Assembly: GCA_031423175.1 (NCBI GenBank)
Contig: JANPEU010000459.1
Span: 1 to 55,801 of the forward strand
Direction: 5' to 3'
DNA length: 55,801 bases
Source of the DNA: Bacteroidota bacterium
GTDB lineage: Bacteria; Bacteroidota; Bacteroidia; Chitinophagales; Chitinophagaceae
The position numbers were made by a program, and so were the translations under genes. The notes beneath the pieces were generated by a model that saw only the letters and a list, made by a program, of their open reading frames with translations, was not told the origin of the DNA and ran no database searches. Positions 8,673 to 18,315 of the stretch are shown here, piece by piece. Numbering within the stretch: position 1 is the first letter of the stretch; every line of letters starts with the position of its first letter.

Positions 8673-11039
8673 TCAGAACGGCAATTGCCCGCCATTCCGC
8701 GGATCCGATTTAGATTCCATCTGGTAATTTTTTGGCGGCTCCTTGCCTAATAAATTTTTTACAAAATAATCCCAGCGGCGCCGCATCATATAAGGAGAAT
8801 CAGCACCAAAGCCGTGACCCGCATTTGGAAAAACAATAAGGTCATAATCTTTATTCGCTTTTGTCAGTGCATCTACAACCAACATCGTATTATACGGAGG
8901 CACATTATTATCCATCATGCCATGCGCCAACATGAGTTTTCCTTTCAGGTTCTTTGCATATGTTTGATTTGCCTGTGCTTCATAATTGTCTTTACCATCT
9001 GCACCTTTGGTCAACAAACCAATATAACGTTCGCCCCAATCATCTTCATAATTACGGTTGTCATGATTGCCGGATTCAGCAATACCTACTTTAAAAAAAT
9101 CTGGATAGCGAAACATAGCGGCTGCTGTAGCAAATCCACCACCTGAATGCCCCCATATACCAACATGATTGGTATCCAGGTAAGAATATTTCTGTGCTAA
9201 CTGCCGGATGCCGGCAATCTGGTCGGGTAATGTATTTGTACTCATATCTGGCCAATACATATCATGAAAACTTTTAGAACGGTTGGGGTTACCACTGCCT
9301 TCAATCAATACAACAACAAAACCCAGTTCAGCCAGCGACTGGTTATCACCTCTTGAAGCACTGAAGCCCCAGCTTCCCACACTTCCTCCCTGCGGACCGG
9401 GATAGATATAATCAATAACTGGATATTTCATTTTAGGATCGATGTTGGAAGGCGTAAACATCAATCCATATAAATCAGTTTTACCATCAGATGCTTTCAC
9501 TGTTATTGGTGTTGGTGGTTTCCATCCAGTAGCTTTGAGTCTTGATACATTCGTTTTTTCTAATTCCGTAATCTGTTTTCCATTCATATCACGCAACACC
9601 GTAACAGTGGGCACATCAGGTTTGGAATAACTGTCAATAAAATAATTTTCTGATGGCGAAAAATTGATCTGGTGAGTACCTGCCCCTGGTGAAAGTAAAG
9701 TGAGATTTTTTCCATCAAATCCAATTTTATAAAATTGGCTGAAATAAGGATTCTCCGGCTGAGTGCCACATGCCATGAAATACAGAGTACGGTTTTTCTC
9801 ATCCACTTTAGTTAATCGAGTTACTACCCAATCGCCTTTTGTTATTTGATTTTTTATTTTCCCTGTAGTTGCATCATATAAATAAAGATGACCCCAGTTA
9901 TCTCTTTCAGAATACCAGATGATTTCCTTTGTAGTTGATAAATACCTCCAATTGATGGCTCCCTGCCCCGACTCATACTGTGTCAGCACATTCTCTTCAA
10001 ACACTTCACGAACTTCTCCTGTGGTTGCGTTGGCAATGCGAAATTTTTCCTGCTTATGATCACGGGATGTAGAAAGAAATGCTAACTCTGATGCATCATT
10101 ACTCCAATTCACATCATCAAAAGTTCCACTGCTTGAGATATCATCGCTGAGTGATGCTCTGTGTGGATCCGGAGGAATGTTAAGCACAATAACTTTAGGT
10201 GCATCCACTTCAATAATTACCCGTTGTATCATCGGAATATCTTTATCTCCCGGCAGTGGATATTTCCATGCACGCAAAGTTGGATGCCCCACATTTGTTG
10301 TGGCGAGATACATATCACCTACGTTACGTTGATCTTGTTTGAATGTGGCAATCTTCTTTGAATCAAGTGACCAACGTAGTACGGGCCCATCGCTGCTTTT
10401 CCAACCGGCATTATCAGTAGCATATCCAAAATCTTTTATGCCGTCAGTTGTCAATTGTTTTTGTTGGCTGTTTTTTAGATCCTTTACCCATAAATTATAA
10501 TCTTTAATAAATGCAGAACTTTTTCCGTCAGGAGAGGTAACTTCAATTCCTCTGCCACCTCTGAAACCTCCACCTACTGATCTTTGTGTATTACCAACTT
10601 GCAAAGATGTATCTATCGTGAATGTATAATTTTGCAAATCACATTTCCATTGTTTACCATCTGCACGGAAAGAAATTGATTTATCATCTGCAGAAAAACG
10701 AAACGATTGGAATGGCAGCATCGATGATGTATAAACCCGGCCTGTTGCTGTTGAAAGCGAGTTCGCTAATTTTTTATGATCAAAAGCTGCGGTACGGGAT
10801 CCTTTTGAAGGATCTACTAACAGAAATTCACTACCTTCAGAGGTTAATGTACGATACCAGAACTTATCACCCGATAACCAATTTGGAGCTATACTTCCTC
10901 TATCAATAAAACGCTGCGTATTATACGCCATAAAATTTTCTGCATTTTGGTAATCTTTTGCTGTTAAAGAATTACTCTGTTGAGCATTTGTATTTAAAAT
11001 AATTACACAAGAAATAAATAGAATAAAAAATTGTTTCAT
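8673..11039 (-). CDS. S9-family serine peptidase, dipeptidyl-peptidase IV-like
   Basis: Signal peptide, a DPP-IV N-terminal beta-propeller-like region, and a nucleophile elbow GIWGHSGGGF with downstream D/H (MLAHGMMDNNV, NAGHGF). Confidence 0.85.
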   Translation of the reverse strand: MKQFFILFISCVIILNTNAQQSNSLTAKDYQNAENFMAYNTQRFIDRGSIAPNWLSGDKFWYRTLTSEGSEFLLVDPSKGSRTAAFDHKKLANSLSTATGRVYTSSMLPFQSFRFSADDKSISFRADGKQWKCDLQNYTFTIDTSLQVGNTQRSVGGGFRGGRGIEVTSPDGKSSAFIKDYNLWVKDLKNSQQKQLTTDGIKDFGYATDNAGWKSSDGPVLRWSLDSKKIATFKQDQRNVGDMYLATTNVGHPTLRAWKYPLPGDKDIPMIQRVIIEVDAPKVIVLNIPPDPHRASLSDDISSSGTFDDVNWSNDASELAFLSTSRDHKQEKFRIANATTGEVREVFEENVLTQYESGQGAINWRYLSTTKEIIWYSERDNWGHLYLYDATTGKIKNQITKGDWVVTRLTKVDEKNRTLYFMACGTQPENPYFSQFYKIGFDGKNLTLLSPGAGTHQINFSPSENYFIDSYSKPDVPTVTVLRDMNGKQITELEKTNVSRLKATGWKPPTPITVKASDGKTDLYGLMFTPSNIDPKMKYPVIDYIYPGPQGGSVGSWGFSASRGDNQSLAELGFVVVLIEGSGNPNRSKSFHDMYWPDMSTNTLPDQIAGIRQLAQKYSYLDTNHVGIWGHSGGGFATAAAMFRYPDFFKVGIAESGNHDNRNYEDDWGERYIGLLTKGADGKDNYEAQANQTYAKNLKGKLMLAHGMMDNNVPPYNTMLVVDALTKANKDYDLIVFPNAGHGFGADSPYMMRRRWDYFVKNLLGKEPPKNYQMESKSDPRNGGQLPF

Positions 11040-11302
11040 TATAAATTTTTAGGTGTTAAAAACTTAAAGTAAGATATGTGCATGTCTGTAAACCGCAAAG
11101 TAATAACTTTTCAATTATTCCAGTGTATATTAAAATTCATACATCAGAAATAAAAATGATGAATGGTTTTATGGGCCTGCCACAGCTCTTGCTCGATTGA
11201 TTACTATCATTCAAAGGCATGAACAAACTCAGTTTTTTAGAGAACTTATTTATGGTAAATTTGGTTGATAGTTAATTATTATTCATTCTTAAAACGACAA
11301 CT

Positions 11303-11527
11303 ATGGAAAATACATCTAAAGTGCTCATTGCATTGGGAGCTGGATTTGTAATTGGTGGTGTGCTTGGTATCTTATTTGCACCGGATAAAGGCTCAGAGAC
11401 AAGACATAAAATTGCCGATACCAGCAAAAAACTGGCTGACAAATTCAAACACAATCTGAAAGTTGGAAAGGAAAAATTTGATGAACAACTAAACCGGGTA
11501 AATGATAAAGTTGAAGAATTTTCCTGA
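11303..11527 (+). CDS. YtxH domain-containing protein
   Basis: N-terminal Gly-rich helix GAGFVIGGVLGILFAPDKGSETR followed by a charged coiled tail. Confidence 0.75.
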   Translation: MENTSKVLIALGAGFVIGGVLGILFAPDKGSETRHKIADTSKKLADKFKHNLKVGKEKFDEQLNRVNDKVEEFS

Positions 11528-11551
11528 AATTTGTTTTAGAATTTAATTACA

Positions 11552-11917
11552 ATGACAGAAACATTTAAAAAAGCTGAATCCCTTGTTAGTGAGTTAAAAG
11601 AGTATATCAACATCAGGGTGGCACAGGCGAAATTGTCTGTTGCAGAAAAATTATCAAAAATAGTAACCTATGCAATAATGATTTTAATGGTTGCTCTGGT
11701 GTTTTTCCTTTTTATTGTATTGCTATGTGTGGCAGGAGCTATAGCCCTTGGCCAATGGTTGGATAACATGTGGCTGGGCTTTTTAATTATGGCTTTTATC
11801 AGTTTGCTGTTGGGTATATTAATGTGGATGGCTAAGGATAAATTGCTCGGCAAACCGCTTATGAATATGCTGTTAAAAACCTTATTTGACAACGATAGTA
11901 AAAATGAAAAAGACTAA
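11552..11917 (+). CDS. Holin-X-like (phage holin superfamily III-type) small membrane protein
   Basis: Amphipathic N-terminus and two TM helices. This protein commonly follows YtxH genes in Bacteroidota. There is no phage context here. Confidence 0.6.
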   Translation: MTETFKKAESLVSELKEYINIRVAQAKLSVAEKLSKIVTYAIMILMVALVFFLFIVLLCVAGAIALGQWLDNMWLGFLIMAFISLLLGILMWMAKDKLLGKPLMNMLLKTLFDNDSKNEKD

Positions 11918-12230
11918 ACATAGTAATGATCTTGAAGTTAAAAAAATGGAGCTTCGTATCCGGCAATTGGAACAGGAAAAAAAAATCCGTATCAACTGGA
12001 ATGAACTGAAAGAACATTTGAATCCGGAAAGTTTTATAAAAGAAAAGCTAACTGAAAAAATATTTGCCAAATCATCAACAGGAGATTTGCTTTCAGATGC
12101 CTTAGGCTATGGGGCAGGTTTACTTAGCAGGAAGTTCACTAAACTTGCAGATGAGAAAATAGAATCTTCCATTCATCGGGGCGTAGAAAAACTGATTGAA
12201 AAACTAAACCCGGTTTTTCATAAAAAATAA
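11904..12230 (+). CDS. Hypothetical coiled-coil protein (third gene of the YtxH triad)
   Basis: ORF 11886..12230 with its first ATG at 11904 (MKKTKHSN). It overlaps the previous gene's end. Confidence 0.55.
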   Translation: MKKTKHSNDLEVKKMELRIRQLEQEKKIRINWNELKEHLNPESFIKEKLTEKIFAKSSTGDLLSDALGYGAGLLSRKFTKLADEKIESSIHRGVEKLIEKLNPVFHKK

Positions 12231-12304
12231 AGTTGAAAAATAATACCAATCTAATTAAAATACTCTATTTTTTCAGTTAAGTTCAATTGTTTCCTCTTAA
12301 AAAA

Positions 12305-13324
12305 ATGCCCGGCTTTAACAACCAGATCAAACAAATACTGATATTGTCACTGCTGATAGCATTGATCTTAATATCCATAACACAATTGCATATTTTTCTT
12401 CCCGGTCTTTTAGGTGCATTAACCCTTTATATACTTTCACGTGGCAGCTATTTTCAACTGGTATATCACCGCAAATGGAGAAACGGATGGACAGCAGGTT
12501 TGTTTCTTTTGGGTTATGTATTTCTGCTATGCCTGGTTATTTATGTAATCGTTATTTTATTAGGTCCCAAAATCCAGCTGTTTTTGGATGACCCCGCGTT
12601 GATGATTAATACAGCCAAAAAAGCGGTGGCCGATTTACAGCAAAAAACTGGTTTCACATTTATAACTGAAAATGAATTATCAGCTTTCCTGAAGAAGTTA
12701 TCTGGCCTACTTCCGAAACTGATAAATGATACGGCAGATCTTCTTCTTAACCTTGTACTCATGCTTTTCATGTTGTACTACATGCTTGTTCACGGTAAAG
12801 TAATGGAACAATACCTGGGCATTATTATTCCACTCAAACATAATAATATAGAAATACTGGCATCTGAAACAAAAAGAATTGTAAAAGCAAGTGCACTGGG
12901 TATACCGATAATTTCTATCATACAGGGGCTTGCAGCTACATTGGGCTATTTCCTTTTTGGTATTGATGACTTTGTTCTTTGGGGATTTATTACAGGGGTA
13001 TTTGCATTTTTCCCTGTAGTAGGAACAATGCTTATCTGGATTCCACTTGTTCTTTCATTATATGCAGGCGGCGATACCTGGAATGCAACCTGGCTTTTTT
13101 TTTACAGCGCTATAGTTACCGGCAATGTTGATTACCTAGCAAGAATTACACTGCTAAAAAGAATGGGGAATATACATCCGGTAGTTACTGTTCTCGGGGT
13201 GTTAGTTGGTCTGGGACTGTTTGGATTTATTGGTTTAATCTTCGGTCCATTACTTGTGAACTATATCGTTCTTCTTTTTAGAATCTATTCAAATGAGTTT
13301 ATAGAAAATAAACCCGACTCCTGA
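12305..13324 (+). CDS. AI-2E family transporter (PerM/UPF0118)
   Basis: Multi-TM protein with family-typical spacing and a C-terminal GPLL motif. ATG at 12305 (MPGFNNQ). Confidence 0.75.
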   Translation: MPGFNNQIKQILILSLLIALILISITQLHIFLPGLLGALTLYILSRGSYFQLVYHRKWRNGWTAGLFLLGYVFLLCLVIYVIVILLGPKIQLFLDDPALMINTAKKAVADLQQKTGFTFITENELSAFLKKLSGLLPKLINDTADLLLNLVLMLFMLYYMLVHGKVMEQYLGIIIPLKHNNIEILASETKRIVKASALGIPIISIIQGLAATLGYFLFGIDDFVLWGFITGVFAFFPVVGTMLIWIPLVLSLYAGGDTWNATWLFFYSAIVTGNVDYLARITLLKRMGNIHPVVTVLGVLVGLGLFGFIGLIFGPLLVNYIVLLFRIYSNEFIENKPDS

Positions 13325-13384
13325 TCAAATTTGTATCGAATGAAAAAGATAGAAGTAATAAAATAACTAAATGCTATAATCAAA

Positions 13385-13942
13385 ATGGGAAAATTGCATG
13401 ACGCTATCAAACCTGCACACCAAGAATTTATAGAAAAGCAACATATCTTTTTTGTAAGTACAGCTCCGTTAAGTGCCGATGGCAGAATAAATCTTTCTCC
13501 AAAAGGATTGGATTGTTTTCGTGTGTTGAATGATCATCAGGTTGGCTATATGGATCTTATCAGCAGCGGTAATGAAACTTCGGCACATACCTTAGAGAAC
13601 GGAAGAATCACTATTCTATTTTGTTCGTATGAAGGGGCTCCAACTATTTTACGGTTATATGGAAAAGGTTTTGCTGTTTTACCAAATACCAGGGAATGGG
13701 ATTTTTTTTCACCTCATTTTAAAATTTTCCCAAGCACCCGGCAACTGATAATAGCAAATATAGATTTAGTACAAACGTCCTGCGGTTTTGGTGTACCACT
13801 TTTTAATTATGCCGGAGAAAGAGATATTCATTTTGATTGGGCTGAGAAAAAAGGAACAGATGGATTGATAGAATATGTGCAACAAAATAATTTGAAAAGC
13901 CTGGATGGATTGCAAACGAATCTTGGATTGGCTCAGAAATAA
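13385..13942 (+). CDS. Pyridoxamine 5'-phosphate oxidase-family (FMN-binding split-barrel) protein
   Basis: FFVSTAPLSADGRINLSPKG..GNETSAHTLENGRITILF pattern. Confidence 0.7.
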   Translation: MGKLHDAIKPAHQEFIEKQHIFFVSTAPLSADGRINLSPKGLDCFRVLNDHQVGYMDLISSGNETSAHTLENGRITILFCSYEGAPTILRLYGKGFAVLPNTREWDFFSPHFKIFPSTRQLIIANIDLVQTSCGFGVPLFNYAGERDIHFDWAEKKGTDGLIEYVQQNNLKSLDGLQTNLGLAQK

Positions 13943-14007
13943 TTCAATATACTTTGTGTTAAAAATTATTTCGCAGGCAGTAACCTTTTAAAAATTACTC
14001 TCACAAT

Positions 14008-14781
14008 TCAACTCTGTGTAATGGGTGAGGTTGCCTCAATATTTTTTACCTTTTTGCGGTAATTATTAAATAAATTATTCCAGCGGAGTTTGAGTACGCC
14101 GAGTATACCTTCTTTCACAATACTCTTATTCATTTTAGAGTTACCCATCGTTCTATCCTGAAAAATAATCGGTACTTCTTTTATTCTAAAGCCAAGTTTC
14201 CATGCAGCATACTTCATTTCTATCTGGAATGCATAACCAACAAACTGTATTTTATCAAGATTGATAGTTTCCAATACTTCTTTTTTATAACACATAAAAC
14301 CGGCTGTGGGATCTTTCACCGGCATCCACGTAATCATTCTTGTATAATAAGAAGCACCTTTTGAAAGTGCAATACGATCCCAAGGCCAGTTCACGACACC
14401 GCCACCATTCACATAACGTGAACCAACAGCCAGATCAGCGCCGCCATTTTTACAGGCGGCATATAAATGTTGTAAATCATTTGGGTTATGTGAAAAATCA
14501 GCATCCATTTCAAAAATAAACTGATACCCTTTTTCGATAGCCCATTTAAACCCGTGTATGTATGCGGTACCTAGTCCAAGTTTTCCTTTTCTTATTTCTA
14601 AAAATAATTGTGATGGAAATTTTGAAAAAAGTTCCTTTACAATTTCAGCGGTACCATCCGGAGAACTATCATCAATTACTAAAACATGAAATTGCTGATT
14701 TAATCCAAATACAGCATGCAGAATGGAGCTGATATTTTCCTTCTCATTATAAGTTGGTATGACAACAAGTTTTTCCACCAT
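14008..14781 (-). CDS. GT2 polyprenol-phosphate mannosyltransferase (Dpm1-like)
   Basis: VVIPTYNEKENI, VIDDSSPDGT and MDADFSHNP motifs. I start the gene at the second Met (MVEKL). Confidence 0.85.
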   Translation of the reverse strand: MVEKLVVIPTYNEKENISSILHAVFGLNQQFHVLVIDDSSPDGTAEIVKELFSKFPSQLFLEIRKGKLGLGTAYIHGFKWAIEKGYQFIFEMDADFSHNPNDLQHLYAACKNGGADLAVGSRYVNGGGVVNWPWDRIALSKGASYYTRMITWMPVKDPTAGFMCYKKEVLETINLDKIQFVGYAFQIEMKYAAWKLGFRIKEVPIIFQDRTMGNSKMNKSIVKEGILGVLKLRWNNLFNNYRKKVKNIEATSPITQS

Positions 14782-14857
14782 AAAAAAAGTGAACAACGAA
14801 TTTACAGAAAATGGTAGAGTAATCCTGTTAATTTTTTGTAAGGGGAAAATTAATTCG

Positions 14858-15625
14858 TTAACTTTTCTTAAGCATGGTTCGGGTATAAATTTCCCGCAGC
14901 TTAAGTTTTGTGTGTTGAGGAAAATCGCCTTTCAGCATCCAATCATAATACTGAGGTTCCGATTTTAGTATATCTGCTACTGGACGACCTTTATGTTTAC
15001 CAAAATTAAAAACTTCGATTCCATTTTCCATTACAAAGCGACGGGCAAAGTCAACGATCACTTCTTCTCCGATTGCTTTAATTATTGTGTCAACGCTGTT
15101 GCCAAGATTTGGATACCGGATTACCTGGGCTTCCAGTATTTCATGTGTAGCAGAGGCATCCACTTCGGCGCCATGTGCGCCTTCTAAAGTTTTATTGCAA
15201 TAAAATTTATATGCTGCACTTAATGTACGCTGCTCCATTTTATGAAAAATATTCTGTACATCAACCAGTCTTCTGCCTTTCATCTCAAACTCAACATCAG
15301 ATCTTAAAAATTCTTCCATCAAAAGTGGTATATCAAACCGGTTACTGTTATACCCTGCAATATCACAACCATCAAGCATCTGCTTGAGTTCCTGTGACGC
15401 AGCTTTAAATGTAGGAGCATCTTTTACCATTTCATCTGTTATGCCATGTATATCACTTGCCCCCTTTGGAATTGGAATAAGCGGGTTAATCAATTTCCGC
15501 TTTACACTACGGCTTCCATCAATCAGAATTTTTACAATGGCAATTTCTACAATCCTGTCAGAACCAAGATTTACACCGGTAGTTTCTAAATCAATAAATG
15601 CAAGAGGCTTAGTAAGTTGGAGCAT
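14858..15625 (-). CDS. DEDDh 3'-5' exonuclease (DnaQ/epsilon-like domain)
   Basis: ExoI FIDLETTG, ExoII AGYNSNRFDIPLL, ExoIII HGAEVDA. Confidence 0.8.
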   Translation of the reverse strand: MLQLTKPLAFIDLETTGVNLGSDRIVEIAIVKILIDGSRSVKRKLINPLIPIPKGASDIHGITDEMVKDAPTFKAASQELKQMLDGCDIAGYNSNRFDIPLLMEEFLRSDVEFEMKGRRLVDVQNIFHKMEQRTLSAAYKFYCNKTLEGAHGAEVDASATHEILEAQVIRYPNLGNSVDTIIKAIGEEVIVDFARRFVMENGIEVFNFGKHKGRPVADILKSEPQYYDWMLKGDFPQHTKLKLREIYTRTMLKKS

Positions 15626-15739
15626 GAAATATAAAAATTAATGGACGGCAAATATAAACTTTAAAGCCAGATAGAGTCAAATCTTTATCTTCGGGTACTA
15701 AAATCTATAATTTTTCGTTTATAAAAAAAATATCCACCA

Positions 15740-15868
15740 ATGAAAAACAAAATTATCGCCTTTATGGGTATCCTTTTACTGGTTGTTGTAATCAGTTCAT
15801 GTGCCACTTCAAGAAAGTTCGGATGCCCGACTGTTTCTAAAAATGAAACAAAAACTAACAAGGTGTAA
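15740..15868 (+). CDS. Small putative lipoprotein (42 aa)
   Basis: Hand-translated as MKNKIIAFMGILLLVVVISSCATSRKFGCPTVSKNETKTNKV. Signal peptide plus an SSC lipobox. It falls below the ORF-track length cutoff. Confidence 0.4.
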   Translation: MKNKIIAFMGILLLVVVISSCATSRKFGCPTVSKNETKTNKV

Positions 15869-15881
15869 AATAAATTTCGCC

Positions 15882-15889
15882 TATATTTG
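15882..15889 (+). promoter_or_regulatory. Bacteroidota-type -7 promoter box (TAtaTTTG) for the his leader
   Basis: tatatttg matches TAnnTTTG, 8 nt upstream of leader ATG 15898. Confidence 0.45.
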
Positions 15890-15897
15890 CTCCATCA

Positions 15898-15951
15898 ATG
15901 AGAACATTCACACATAATCATCATCATTTCTTGCCAACAGGTAAGCCATGA
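15898..15951 (+). CDS. hisL: Histidine operon leader peptide (17 aa, MRTFTHNHHHFLPTGKP)
   Basis: Four His codons among five consecutive codons (cat aat cat cat cat, 15913-15927). It sits upstream of hisG and is followed by alternative hairpins and a terminator. Confidence 0.7.
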   Translation: MRTFTHNHHHFLPTGKP

Positions 15952-16008
15952 CGGTATTATGTGAAAACATAAATATTTTAAGGGTTTACTACGGTAAGCC
16001 CTTTTTTT
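15940..16008 (+). promoter_or_regulatory. Transcription attenuator (three-segment antiterminator/terminator switch)
   Basis: Segment 1 is ggtaagcc (15940-15947) and overlaps the leader's stop codon. It is identical to segment 3, ggtaagcc(c) (15993-16001). Either segment can pair with segment 2, gggtttac(t) (15982-15990). Confidence 0.6.
15981..16008 (+). terminator. Rho-independent terminator of the his attenuator
   Basis: agggtttac/tacg/gtaagccct forms a 9-bp stem with one G.U pair, followed by a run of 7 T. Confidence 0.7.
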
Positions 16009-16107
16009 ATTTAAAATTGTTTTATTGCAAATTGAAGAATTTAAGAATAATGGTCAAGGATCAATACTCAATTTTCATTTATTAAATTTTTTAAAAAATA
16101 TATTGAA

Positions 16108-16974
16108 ATGGACAATGGTGTAAATTTAAAAATAGCTGTTCAAAAAAAAGGAAGATTGTATGATGGCTCAATAGCCTTACTTAAAGAATGTGGTATTGAT
16201 GTAAGCAACGGAAATAATCAATTGCGAGTACAAGCTGCCAATTTTCCATTGGAAGTCTTCTTTCTACGGGATGATGATATACCTGAATATGTACAGGACG
16301 CTGTAGTAGATATTGGTTTTGTTGGCGAAAATGTAGTTGCAGAAACGAATAAAGACGTCAAGTCAGTAGAAAAATTAGGTTTTGGAAAATGCAGATTGTC
16401 TGTTGCCGCACCTAAAAATGGAAGTATAAAAATCATCAATGATTTAAACGGGAAAAAAATTGCGACAAGTTATCCACTCGTACTTTCTGATTTTTTAAAA
16501 GAAAAAAATATCAGCGCTACGATTCAGGAGATTAGCGGCTCGGTCGAAATTGCACCTCGTATTGGATTGGCTGATGCTATTTGTGATTTGGTTAGTTCAG
16601 GCAGTACCTTATTCAGCAATGAACTGGAAGAGTTGGAAACAGTTTTAAAATCAGAAGCCGTATTGATCTGCAATAAAAATTTATCGTTGGAAAAACAAAA
16701 CAACCTTGATAAATTATTGTTCCGCATTCGGGCTGTAAAAAAAGCTAAAAACAATAAATATGTATTACTCAATGCACCAAATGAAAAACTGGATGCAATC
16801 TGTAAATTATTACCGGGTATGAAAAGCCCAACCATTTTACCGCTTGCAGAATCTGGCTGGAGCTCTGTACACTCTGTAATAAGCGAAAATGATTTTTGGA
16901 ATGTTATTGAAAGACTCAAAGCAAATGGTGCTCAGGGAATTTTGATTATTCCGATAGAAAAGATGATTGTATGA
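16108..16974 (+). CDS. hisG: ATP phosphoribosyltransferase (long form)
   Basis: LKIAVQKKGRL..., DLVSSGSTL and a C-terminal regulatory domain. First gene of the his operon. Confidence 0.9.
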   Translation: MDNGVNLKIAVQKKGRLYDGSIALLKECGIDVSNGNNQLRVQAANFPLEVFFLRDDDIPEYVQDAVVDIGFVGENVVAETNKDVKSVEKLGFGKCRLSVAAPKNGSIKIINDLNGKKIATSYPLVLSDFLKEKNISATIQEISGSVEIAPRIGLADAICDLVSSGSTLFSNELEELETVLKSEAVLICNKNLSLEKQNNLDKLLFRIRAVKKAKNNKYVLLNAPNEKLDAICKLLPGMKSPTILPLAESGWSSVHSVISENDFWNVIERLKANGAQGILIIPIEKMIV

Positions 16975-17034
16975 GAGAATAAGCTACTAAACGGTATGGG
17001 TTTTGAATTTAAAACATTGATTAGTTTTTGAAAT

Positions 17035-18315
17035 ATGATAAAGACAATTAAATATCCGGTAAAAGAAGATTGGCCGGAAATTATAAAGCGACCTGTTGCT
17101 AAAAATACGTCATTGAAAAAATCGGTAACGAAAATTTTAGAAAAAGTAAAATCAAAGGGTGAAAAGGCTGTTCGCAAATACACAAAAGAGTTTGACGGAG
17201 TGAAATTGAAAAATTTGTTGGTGAGTAAAAAAGAAACAGATGCAGCTGAGAACTTGTTAACGAAAGAATTAAAAGAAGCAATTCAACTTGCCAAATTAAA
17301 TATTGAAAAATTTCATCAGGCGCAGCTTGAAGATGTAAAAGTTATTGAAACAATGCCGGGCATTAAATGCTGGAGAAAATCTGTAGGAATTGAAAAAGTT
17401 GGTATTTATATTCCAGGAGGTTCTGCACCTCTCTTTTCAACAGTTCTTATGCTGGCAATACCTGCAGCGATTGCAGGATGCAAAGAAATTATCTTATGTA
17501 CACCTCCTTCAAAAGATGGTTCCGTTCATCCTGCAATTTTGTATTCCGCATATCTTTGTGGTATAACAAAAATATTTAAAACAGGTGGCGTCCAGGCAAT
17601 CGGTGCATTGGCATATGGTACAGAATCAGTTCCTAAAGTATTTAAAATATTCGGACCCGGCAATCAATACGTAACCTGTGCTAAACAATTGGTTCAAAAA
17701 GATGGTGTTGCTATTGACATGCCCGCAGGGCCATCAGAAGTGTTGGTTATAGCAGATGAAACTTGTGTGCCGGAATTTGTTGCTGCGGATTTATTGTCGC
17801 AGGCAGAACATGGACCCGATTCACAAGTAATATTATTAACTACGAGTAATGTTATTGTGAAAAAAGTTCAGCAATCAATAAAAAATCAGCTGAAAAAATT
17901 ATCTAGAAGAGATATTGCTAAAAAAGCATTAGCTAATAGTAAAATTATATTGTTGGAAACAATTGATGAAGCAATAGAGCTTTCAAACCTGTATGCACCT
18001 GAGCACCTGATACTTTCCTGCAATCAGTCAGATACACTAATTGAAAAAATTATTTCTGCAGGTTCGGTATTTGTTGGCAATTACTCACCAGAATCTGTTG
18101 GAGATTATGCAAGTGGTACAAATCATACACTTCCAACAAATGGTTATGCTGCGATGTATAGTGGTGTATCAGTAGATAGTTTTGTAAAAAAGATTACATA
18201 CCAGCAATTATCAAAAGAAGGATTGGATAAAATTGGAAACACAGTAATGCTTATGGCTGCAGCCGAAGGATTGGATGCACATAAAAATGCAGTAGCAATA
18301 AGACTAAAAAAATGA
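17035..18315 (+). CDS. hisD: Histidinol dehydrogenase
   Basis: GPGNQYV, SQAEHGPDS and GDYASGTNHTLPT motifs. Confidence 0.92.
   Translation: MIKTIKYPVKEDWPEIIKRPVAKNTSLKKSVTKILEKVKSKGEKAVRKYTKEFDGVKLKNLLVSKKETDAAENLLTKELKEAIQLAKLNIEKFHQAQLEDVKVIETMPGIKCWRKSVGIEKVGIYIPGGSAPLFSTVLMLAIPAAIAGCKEIILCTPPSKDGSVHPAILYSAYLCGITKIFKTGGVQAIGALAYGTESVPKVFKIFGPGNQYVTCAKQLVQKDGVAIDMPAGPSEVLVIADETCVPEFVAADLLSQAEHGPDSQVILLTTSNVIVKKVQQSIKNQLKKLSRRDIAKKALANSKIILLETIDEAIELSNLYAPEHLILSCNQSDTLIEKIISAGSVFVGNYSPESVGDYASGTNHTLPTNGYAAMYSGVSVDSFVKKITYQQLSKEGLDKIGNTVMLMAAAEGLDAHKNAVAIRLKK

Noticed and set aside
6271-11039. Two adjacent minus-strand ORFs of identical length (788 aa each) as a possible duplication
   Set aside because: The sequences are unrelated. 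One is an unknown hydrolase-like protein and the other is a DPP-IV-type S9 peptidase. The equal length is a coincidence.
11552-11917. Prophage lysis cassette suggested by the holin-like gene
   Set aside because: No endolysin, spanin, capsid, tail or integrase genes are nearby. The gene sits in the conserved YtxH triad typical of non-phage contexts.
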